DNA from: Nitrosopumilus sp.
GTDB taxonomy: Archaea; Thermoproteota; Nitrososphaeria; Nitrososphaerales; Nitrosopumilaceae
Length of the DNA stretch: 64,000 nucleotides
NCBI GenBank assembly: GCA_965223425.1
Contig: OZ245003.1
Coordinates: 1,216,001 to 1,280,000 of the forward strand
Direction of reading: 5' to 3'
Below are positions 56,278-64,000 of the stretch, piece after piece. The notes below the pieces were generated by a model. The model was not told the origin of the DNA. It worked only from the letters and a program-made list of their open reading frames with translations, and did no database searches. A program made the position numbers and the translations under genes. Within the stretch, counting starts at the first letter, position 1. Each line of letters opens with the position of its first letter.

Positions 56278-56709
56278 TCATTGTGCATGTATTTCTGTTC
56301 TATCTTTAATTCTGGTACGTACTATTTTGAGTTCATTTTTCAGCATTAGCTCTCTGTTGTACAATGATTCTATGCGTTGTCTAAGTAAGACTCTGTGTGT
56401 TCTCAGCGGTTGCGAGTCTGCAATTTTTTTACTCCTGTGACTAACTAATTTTTGCATAGAGTACACTATTGGACTGTTTAGGTTGATTTTGTATGTGGGG
56501 GATTTTCCAATGCTTCCTGACTGTTTAATCATATCATTGTGTTTTAGTTTAGAAACTTCTTTGAACGCAGTAGTTTTACTCATGCCAATTCCCTCAATTA
56601 ATTCAGGCACAGTAAAGTCATTTTTTGGGAATTGCATGAAAAATTCAATCATTCTCATACGTGGCGAGTCTCCATAAAGTGCAATGATTCCCGATTCTGC
56701 TTTGGACAC
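56278..56709 (-). CDS. Winged-helix transcriptional regulator
   Basis: GDSPRMRMIEFF...FTVPEL...GMSKTT...GKSPTYKIN. Confidence 0.8.
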   Translation of the reverse strand: MSKAESGIIALYGDSPRMRMIEFFMQFPKNDFTVPELIEGIGMSKTTAFKEVSKLKHNDMIKQSGSIGKSPTYKINLNSPIVYSMQKLVSHRSKKIADSQPLRTHRVLLRQRIESLYNRELMLKNELKIVRTRIKDRTEIHAQ

Positions 56710-56770
56710 ACTATATTTCCAAAGCCACGATACTTAAAGACTATCTAAGAATAGTATCATTTGAGTACTA

Positions 56771-57052
56771 TTGGTTAAAAGCACAATGACTGATACTGAA
56801 ATACAAGATACAGTTTTATTTTATTTGTGGCAAGAGGGTGCCTGGGGTGAGGCCTATACTAACTATGAAAAAATGCGAAGAAGACTGGGCATGGTAGTCA
56901 AAAACAATGGCAAAAATACAGACAAACAATTGAGAAAATTAGTCAGCGACAGGCTAGTTGAGAAAAAGAAACAGGGTCGTACTTATTCACTGAATCATCT
57001 TTATAGAAATACCATCGAGGAACGTCTTGTCAATGCAGATTTCCAAACTTAA
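56771..57052 (+). CDS. Winged-helix-like hypothetical protein
   Basis: LRKLVSDRLVEKKKQGRTYSLN wing motif; divergent from 56278..56709. Confidence 0.65.
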   Translation: MVKSTMTDTEIQDTVLFYLWQEGAWGEAYTNYEKMRRRLGMVVKNNGKNTDKQLRKLVSDRLVEKKKQGRTYSLNHLYRNTIEERLVNADFQT

Positions 57053-57740
57053 TCAACACCATTTTGGGATGAGATGGTGGGTTTGTTTTTAATGTTCAGG
57101 ACAAATCATTTGCATTTTTAATATTTGATCTATGGAACATTCAGCGTATGCTTGATAATATTCTTGGGCTACAAAATGAATATCTAATTCTTCAATCACT
57201 TTGTTAACTTTTTCCTTCATATCCATTTTTAACTTTAGAACTGATATAGTTCTTTCAATAATAATTATATCTGAATTACGTTTGCTTCTAGTATCAATTG
57301 GATTTGTATACATACAACACAGAAGAAAACAAGATGTGATGCTCTGTTGTTATCCCGATGTCTAATTCCTTGACATAAAAAATCAAGAAATTAATATCCT
57401 GCCAGTTTAAGAGTAAACTACCTTTCATATCCCATATATGAATACAAAATCTCTCATGATCAGTTTTTTATGTGAGTTGTCAGATCGGTAAATCACTCAA
57501 ATGGCTACAATTGAACAAAACAGTAAGATCATCACAGTGATTTAACATGACATGCATGGAATTTTGCCTGTTTTGGATCTTGTTGAGAACAAATATCTGG
57601 AAAATGGTAAAATTATGTTACTAACAGATAGGGTCTATTTTTGTCAAGTACCCTCAATCTATAAATCGCGAGTCCATATTTGCTGAAAATTAATTATCAG
57701 ATGACATGTTGTCTAATCAACAGGATCCTGTAATTAAAAT

Positions 57741-59414
57741 ATGATGATGTCAAAGAAGATAAAGTTGAGAAAGACAAAAGCACTGCAAGTATCACTGAAT
57801 AAGGGCATGCAAACAATCCCTAAATCATACACTGGAATTTATTCGATGCACAAATACTGGTCTAAAAAACCCTTCAATATAGTTGACAAGTATATAGAAC
57901 AGTACACTGATGCAGGAGACATCGTTTTAGATACATTTTCAGGTTCTGGAATCAGCAACATAGAGGCAGTACTATTGGGCAGAAAAACTATCGGAATAGA
58001 CATTAATCCTATGTCCATTTTCATAATGCGGCAAACATTAGACAGAATAGAGCCTGAAAAAATAGAGAATGAGTTTTTAAAACTAAAGAAAAATATTCAG
58101 AAAAAAATTGATGTGTTATACAAGATCCAACGAGATGGGCTATCCTTTACTGGATCTCATTTCATCCATAAAAACGAAATACTAACTGAAATATGGTACA
58201 AGGACAAAAACGGCAAGAAAGTAATGGATGCTGCAAAACCAAGCGACCAAAGACTGTGCAGAACGTTCACATACAAAAACATCAAAAATAAATATCCTAA
58301 AAGAAAGCTAATCGCAAATTCGAGGATCAATGCAAAGGACGGCATGAGTGTACATGACTTGTTTACCCCTAGAAACACATTTGCCCTGTCGATTCTAATG
58401 CATGACATAAACAAGATTAGAAATCCAGAATTGAGGGATTTTTTTAAATTTTGTTTTACATCGTGTTTAGGTCAGGCAAGCAAGATGGTATTTGTTATCA
58501 ACAATCGTAAGAAAATGAAGAACAAGTACAACATGCCATCAAATAGAAAAGAAGTAGGCAGTTGGGTAATTGGCTACTGGATTCCAAAGGAGCATTTTGA
58601 GATAAACGCATGGAATTGTTTTGAAAGCAGATACAGCAAGATTCTCAAGGCCAAGACTCAATACAACGAATTAGATCATATAGTCAGCTATGCCAAGGAT
58701 TTTAGGGACTTAAAAAACAACAACGGTACTAGCAACAACATATTGTTGATTAACGATAGCTGTTATCGCGCACTGCAAAAAATACCCGATAATTCGATAG
58801 ACTATGTAATAACAGATCCGCCACATGGTGACAGACTGCCATACCTTGAGCTAAGCATGATGTGGAATGACTGGTTGGGATTTAGTGCAAACATGGATGA
58901 AGAACTAGTCATAAGCGATGCAAAAGCCCGGAACAAGACCGTATCTGAATACAGTAGTCTTCTCAGAAAAATACTCTATGAGATCAACCGAGTGTTAAGA
59001 CCCAACAAGCATTTTACATTAATGTTTAACAGCTACGATGATAGAACATGGAGAGATTTACAAGACATATTGTTTAATCTAGATTTTAGACTGACTAGTG
59101 TAGACACAATAGGCTATTCTGCATCATCTGTAGTACAGGATAGCAGAAATGGTGGATTAAAGACTGATTTTGCGCTTACCTTTAAAAAAATTAATGTTGC
59201 CAAGAAAACCAAACATACAATGAAGATGGCAGATAAAGAACTAATTGACAAGTTGATAGTAGACTATCTTAAGAAAAACGAGGATCATGCGATATATAAA
59301 ATACTAAACCATGTCATAACCTACATGATACAACATGCACTGATCTTTGACATATCTTCAATCATATCATCATTAACACTAAGTTACAATAATTGGTATC
59401 TAAAGGTACACTAG
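57741..59414 (+). CDS. DNA amino-methyltransferase (N6A/N4C) of an R-M system
   Basis: HKYWSKKP, motif I DTFSGSG, GIDINP, motif IV TDPPH, RVLRPN. Confidence 0.9.
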   Translation: MMMSKKIKLRKTKALQVSLNKGMQTIPKSYTGIYSMHKYWSKKPFNIVDKYIEQYTDAGDIVLDTFSGSGISNIEAVLLGRKTIGIDINPMSIFIMRQTLDRIEPEKIENEFLKLKKNIQKKIDVLYKIQRDGLSFTGSHFIHKNEILTEIWYKDKNGKKVMDAAKPSDQRLCRTFTYKNIKNKYPKRKLIANSRINAKDGMSVHDLFTPRNTFALSILMHDINKIRNPELRDFFKFCFTSCLGQASKMVFVINNRKKMKNKYNMPSNRKEVGSWVIGYWIPKEHFEINAWNCFESRYSKILKAKTQYNELDHIVSYAKDFRDLKNNNGTSNNILLINDSCYRALQKIPDNSIDYVITDPPHGDRLPYLELSMMWNDWLGFSANMDEELVISDAKARNKTVSEYSSLLRKILYEINRVLRPNKHFTLMFNSYDDRTWRDLQDILFNLDFRLTSVDTIGYSASSVVQDSRNGGLKTDFALTFKKINVAKKTKHTMKMADKELIDKLIVDYLKKNEDHAIYKILNHVITYMIQHALIFDISSIISSLTLSYNNWYLKVH

Positions 59415-59743
59415 CAGAATTTGATGGACTGTACAAAAAGGGTGATTTTACAACAATACTTGGCTTTGAAAACGGACTGAATTTTTTCAAGCTCCGATCA
59501 ATGTCAAGAAAAGACATACTTGAAAAATTCTGCAAAGAAAACAAGAAAGCTATTCCCAAAAAATCATTATTTGAGTTTGTTTTTAATGAGAATTTTGATG
59601 AATCCCTCTTTGATGTTTTTATTAAAAAGGAATACGATTCTGATGCGAATTCTAGGGCAGAACGAAAAACAAAGCTGTATCAAGAATTATACAAAATGGA
59701 CACGCTTGATTGGGGAGGACTGTACCAGAATGGTCTTGAAACT
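59393..59743 (+). pseudogene. Probable cognate restriction endonuclease truncated by an IS
   Basis: Overlaps the MTase stop; reading frame is cut at the IS TIR at 59744 and no continuation appears beyond 62264. The function is inferred from context. Confidence 0.55.
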
Positions 59744-60020
59744 GGGGTTGTCGCCAAATTCGACCAAATGATCTAATTTTGTGATTTTTCACGCATATTG
59801 ATCAGGGAGGTGTGGGTTTCCCAATGATCTGTCATAAGAGACGTGATCAGTACTGGAAGTACTATCACGATGCCCACACCCGAGAACTGGATTTTCTCAC
59901 GTCCCATATAGTTTCTTTGATTGTGAAAAATCCGTGTCCCGTACATGCCAGAAGGTCTGGTGCGGGGCGCAAACCGGTACATGACAAAAACAAGCTTGCA
60001 TTTCTCTGCATACTCACGGT

Positions 60021-61461
60021 GTATGAGTTTAGGTAGCCACTAACACCTTTAACAGCTCATCCTGGATGTTCCTGCCCTGACTCTTCCATGTGTACATGCA
60101 GCTTGTCAATATGCTAAACATCCTCATTCCACGACTTGTGCGCAGTTGGCCTCTCACCTTGCGATGGAGTACGGGATCACGCAATGCACGTTCTGCCCTG
60201 TTGTTTGTCGGTTCCAAATCCGGATACTCCAAAAACGTAAACAGATTCAAGACAGCATTGTGCAGTTTGGTTCCAAATTTCTCATCTTTTTGCAGATACA
60301 TCTCACCGATTGCCGTGACTCGGCTTTCCAAGCGCTTGCGAATTTCTTTGACATCAGTTTTCACGCTTTTTGCATATTCAAACACGTCTAGCAGCTCAGC
60401 GTACAACGGTTCCAGGGATTTGTCCCTTGCCATGAATTTTGCCTCATAGAGTATGTGTGCCCAACAATGCTGCCGCTTCCCAAACTGTTTATACACCGCA
60501 TATCCATCAGAGGTTATTCTTGACCGTATGTTTGGAAAGTATATCTGCAGTACAACACCTGCACGTGATGGTGCCACAACAAAGCATGTCCTGTCTCTTG
60601 TGGATACGACCCACACGTACATCCTCTCCCCGTTCATTGGCATTACAGTCTCGTCAATGTTCTTTGGAACGTCGTTGTCCTGCACGCTTGCCTGTATCTC
60701 ACTGTACTGGGAATCCAGCTTGGAAGACGTTGCATCCAGTCCGTGCTGGATGGTTGCAGGACAAAACTGCGTACCGTATCTGGTGTTGATTATGTTTGTA
60801 ATTCCATCGATGCTCACCTTTGCGTTCCATAGAATTGCAATCTCTGAGAGCAGGTGCGGACCAAGCTCTGTATCTTTGATGGGTTTGGCATCTGTGACAT
60901 GACTGCAGTCACTGCAACGGGATCTAAAGTAGGTTTGATTTTCTGTGATGATCTGTGCCGGCTGCGAGTCAGTTACTAATTTTTGGCATATCTTTTCAAA
61001 TTTTAGGTTTGTAGAACCGCACTTGCACTTTGTGATCTTTTTTTCCACACTGCGATCTGCTTTTCTGCTGTGTGATGCGCCGACATGTCCCGGCTTCCGT
61101 CCGCGCTTTTGGCCTACTGCGGGGCCATCATCATTATTATTATTATTGTTGTTCTTTTTCCTCTCCCTTTGTTCCTTTTTTTGTCTCTTGTATTCCAGAG
61201 AGCGCATGGATGGCGGAGTATGCGGATTTTCATAATATGCCAGTCTTTTTCTCAAATCTGCAATTTCTAGATTCTGTTTGTCAATTGTCTGAACTAGTTC
61301 GTCGTTGCTCTTTTGTCTTTTTTTGTCGTTTGCAATCAGTCTTACTATTTCATCACGAAGAACCTTGACTTCAGAGTTCAATGAAGGAGGTCACGATTTG
61401 CGGATTTTAGATCTATTGATCAGAATAATTTGTCTATTTAATTAACCGCCTAAACTCATAC
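60021..61461 (-). mobile_element. IS66-family element (single-ORF type)
   Basis: TIRs gtatgagtttagg / cctaaactcatac; 8-bp TSD ctcacggt at 60013-60020 and 61462-61469. Confidence 0.95.
60029..61381 (-). CDS. IS66 TnpC-type transposase
   Basis: Coiled coil, PPS, KPGH.G, Zn finger, DET, SDGYAVY, QHCWAH and PTNNRAERALR motifs. Confidence 0.95.
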   Translation of the reverse strand: MNSEVKVLRDEIVRLIANDKKRQKSNDELVQTIDKQNLEIADLRKRLAYYENPHTPPSMRSLEYKRQKKEQRERKKNNNNNNNDDGPAVGQKRGRKPGHVGASHSRKADRSVEKKITKCKCGSTNLKFEKICQKLVTDSQPAQIITENQTYFRSRCSDCSHVTDAKPIKDTELGPHLLSEIAILWNAKVSIDGITNIINTRYGTQFCPATIQHGLDATSSKLDSQYSEIQASVQDNDVPKNIDETVMPMNGERMYVWVVSTRDRTCFVVAPSRAGVVLQIYFPNIRSRITSDGYAVYKQFGKRQHCWAHILYEAKFMARDKSLEPLYAELLDVFEYAKSVKTDVKEIRKRLESRVTAIGEMYLQKDEKFGTKLHNAVLNLFTFLEYPDLEPTNNRAERALRDPVLHRKVRGQLRTSRGMRMFSILTSCMYTWKSQGRNIQDELLKVLVAT

Positions 61462-62264
61462 CTCACGGTGTGCCTTGACTTTACATTCAGGGACATGGAG
61501 AATCTTGCAGCTCTGCTGAGGATGCCGTGGAACGAACCCCTGCCGGATCACAGCACCATTGCCAGGTTCATGCAAAAGATTCCTGTTGCGTGGCTTGAGG
61601 ACACGGTTGCCGTCACGGCAGCATCGTGCCTTGCAGGATTTGACGTCTCTGATCTCACGCTGGCATCAGACAGCAGCGGCGTTGCCACTGACAGGTATGA
61701 AAGGGTGCAAAAAAAGGCCAGAAACAGGCACAACAGGAGGCAAAGCGTCAAAAAAAGTATCTGAAATGGCACGTGGCCTCGGTACTGGGCCTGCAGGTCA
61801 TACTCTCCTGCCGCATCACATCCAACAGGATGGCAGACACTACAGTCTTTGCCTCGCTGCTAAAGAAGATCAAAAAGACAGGCATTGCCTTTGCAGGCAG
61901 GTTCAACGCAGACAGGGGGTATGATTCTGATAGGAACTGCAGGCTTGTCTTTGGTGCCGGCATGACCCCGAACATAAAGCAGAGGGGCAATGCCGTGAAC
62001 AGAACAAAAAAGTTCAGGAAAAAGGCCGCAGGGCTGTTTGACGGGGAGATCTACAAAAAACGAGGCATGATAGAGGGAATATTTGGAGCAGAGGAGACAG
62101 AGGGCCACAGGTTGCTGTGCAGGTTCAGAAAGACATCCACAAGAAGGCGGTTTGGACTGTGCAAGACAATAGGATGGAACCTTGAGGTGCTAAACCGTCT
62201 AGAGTGCGCCGCAAGGCGAAATATTGTGGTGGTGGCAGCTTGATGTGAATTTGGCGACAACCCC

Positions 62265-62635
62265 ACGGAAAGCACTTTGTTACAATGCGCAACTTGCCTC
62301 CAGAAAAGAGATGGAAGCCCACTGACTTTGAGAACGAGCTGCTAGAGCAGGGCATCGGCCTGATAAACTCCAGGCCGTACCATCCTCAGACAAACGGCAA
62401 GCTGGAGAGGTTCTTCCAGGCGCTTGAGAAGGAGCTGGTTTACCGCAAGGGAGTGCAGGAGTATGTCGACTATTACAACGAGAGGCGGCTTCACTGGGCG
62501 TTGGATATTGACAACTATGAAAAGCCGCTTGAGGCGTTTCGCAACAAAACGGCTACCGAAGCGATCAGGAAAAGCAACCCAAAATGGATGGAAGAGGAGG
62601 CAGATGTTAGTGGAACCTAATTTTCATATAATACA
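62265..62635 (+). pseudogene. 3' remnant of an IS481-family transposase
   Basis: HGKHF...RPYHPQTNGKLERFF...YYNERRLH; begins abruptly at the IS5 TIR. Confidence 0.85.
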
Positions 62636-62673
62636 TAAATTCGTACAACATCCAAGAGCTTAAATATATTCAG

Positions 62674-62916
62674 ATGATGCTAATTTTCATGACTGAATCA
62701 AGACAGCTCAGTGTATCAAAAACCGGCATTTCTAAAACCGCATTATTGGCCTTAGCAATAGTTTTTGCAGCCGGATTATTTGTTGTAGCTTTTGACAATG
62801 GACACATTGTCAACATGGCATTTGGCGAGGATGGCATTAATCCCGGAATTGATCCTCTGGTAATCCATGAGTTTACTCATGACATGAGGCATGCTGCAGG
62901 ATTTCCTTGCCACTAG
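62674..62916 (+). CDS. cbtB: Cobalt transporter subunit CbtB
   Basis: TM helix and C-terminal HEFTHDMRHAAGFPCH. Confidence 0.95.
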   Translation: MMLIFMTESRQLSVSKTGISKTALLALAIVFAAGLFVVAFDNGHIVNMAFGEDGINPGIDPLVIHEFTHDMRHAAGFPCH

Positions 62917-62928
62917 GAGTTTCGCACC

Positions 62929-63660
62929 ATGAAGGCATCTTATTTTATCGTAATTGTTTTACTCTCCGGCGCTTTTGCAGGTCTCATTCACGGCACCGTG
63001 AACTTTGCAATTGTGGAGCCTTATCTTGATCAAGCAATTGGAATTGAAAATCAAAACTTGTTCGAGTCCGGCGAAGAGCAAGACACTCCTGAATTTTGGG
63101 CCGAGTATGAGGGATATAGAATATGGCAAAAAAGTGGACAGATTCTTGCTGGTGTAATTCTGGGGGTTTCTCTAGGTTCATTATTTGGAATAGTATTTGC
63201 CCTGTCTAGAAACTCATTACCGGGAAACACTGATGTCAAAAAAGCACTTGTCTTGTCTGGGATTATGTGGTTTACATTGTATCTTGTTCCATTTCTCAAA
63301 TACCCTGCAAACCCTCCGACTGTAGGCGATGCTGATACTGTGGTGCTAAGGGCAGTCCTGTATCTGTCTTTCATTGCCATTTCTGGGTTTGGAGCAGTTG
63401 GATTTTACAAGCTGTCCAAGAAATTCAAAAGCAACAAAAAACTTGTCGCACTAATTGGCTATGGTGTTTTTATCTCTGTAGCCTTCTTTGCAATGCCGGA
63501 AAACCCCGATGAAATCACTGCCCCAATGGATCTGGTAAATGAATTTAGAACAATGTCTGTTCTTGGGGTCACTTCTTTTTGGGTCTCAATTGGAATCATT
63601 CTTGGTTCGTTTTGGAACCGTTTTATTTCTCATAAAGAAGCCACGCGGTCCTACCATTAA
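62929..63660 (+). CDS. cbtA: Cobalt transporter subunit CbtA
   Basis: VEPYLDQAI.IE, PFLKYPANPP.VG, multiple TM helices; follows cbtB. Confidence 0.93.
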   Translation: MKASYFIVIVLLSGAFAGLIHGTVNFAIVEPYLDQAIGIENQNLFESGEEQDTPEFWAEYEGYRIWQKSGQILAGVILGVSLGSLFGIVFALSRNSLPGNTDVKKALVLSGIMWFTLYLVPFLKYPANPPTVGDADTVVLRAVLYLSFIAISGFGAVGFYKLSKKFKSNKKLVALIGYGVFISVAFFAMPENPDEITAPMDLVNEFRTMSVLGVTSFWVSIGIILGSFWNRFISHKEATRSYH

Positions 63661-63730
63661 CCATTCCAAGTCTCTAGAATGAGAATAAAAACACCTCGTT
63701 TAAATATACTGTATTATTTTTGATAACTGC

Positions 63731-64000
63731 ATGTCAAGACGATTAACTTTGCCGCAACTAAAAAAATATGATATCACTCAAAAAGTAATTGAAGCGCTTG
63801 CTGATTCTGAATCTCGGGCAATTTTGTTTTCTATAATTAAAAAAGGAAATACTGCCGCAGAATTGTCTGATAAACTCAAAATCCCTCTCAGTTCTGTATA
63901 CAAGAAACTAACAGATCTTGAAGAGCTTACACTAATCAAAGTTGAAAAATGGATGCTTTCTGATAAAGGGAGAAAATTCAAAGTTTATCGAAGTAGGATA
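63731..64000 (+). CDS. ArsR-like winged-helix regulator, 3' end outside the window
   Basis: Own translation: MSRRLTLPQLKKYDITQKVIEALADSESRAILFSII...ELSDKLKIPLSSVYKKLTDLEEL...GRKFKVYRS. Confidence 0.85.
   Translation, partial: MSRRLTLPQLKKYDITQKVIEALADSESRAILFSIIKKGNTAAELSDKLKIPLSSVYKKLTDLEELTLIKVEKWMLSDKGRKFKVYRSRI

Larger units (their letters stand above)
59744..62264 (+). mobile_element. IS5-like (DDE_Tnp_1) element interrupted by IS66
   Basis: 18-bp perfect TIRs ggggttgtcgccaaattc (59744-59761) / gaatttggcgacaacccc (62247-62264). Transposase pieces 59812-60020, 61470-61764 and -62243 carry PDHST, DSSG, ADRGYD and Y..R..IE motifs. Confidence 0.9.

Noticed and set aside
62636-62690. Cobalamin riboswitch upstream of cbtBA
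   Set aside because: No room and no B12-box; only a TATA-like CTTAAATA between the IS481 remnant and cbtB.

Overview
Archaeal DNA. The gene set, TATA-type promoters and 'IPxWxK...W' secreted-protein motifs point to Nitrosopumilaceae (Thaumarchaeota), and the giant surface protein suggests a host-associated lineage such as a sponge symbiont (inference). An AT-rich core backbone (pyrG, trpEGDCBA, SPFH protein, Rad3/DinG helicase, ilvD, HIT, aRF1, DsbA-like, cbtBA) is interrupted by three kinds of accessory DNA. (1) A GC-rich ~20 kb island holds a 6309-aa modular surface protein and is bracketed by direct repeats ending in IS6-type terminal sequences. (2) Mobile elements: an IS6 remnant, two IS481 pieces, an IS66 nested in an IS5-like element, a 99-bp MITE, and, most unusually, a catalytically intact tnpB enclosed by perfect 25-bp terminal inverted repeats with an 8-bp target duplication. 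(3) Conflict and defence modules: an intact ABC-ATPase + PIN pair, plus hicBA, Panacea-PIN and an R-M system whose toxic partner is broken in each case. No CRISPR array, rRNA or complete tRNA was found. All coordinates and counts are by eye and should be confirmed computationally.
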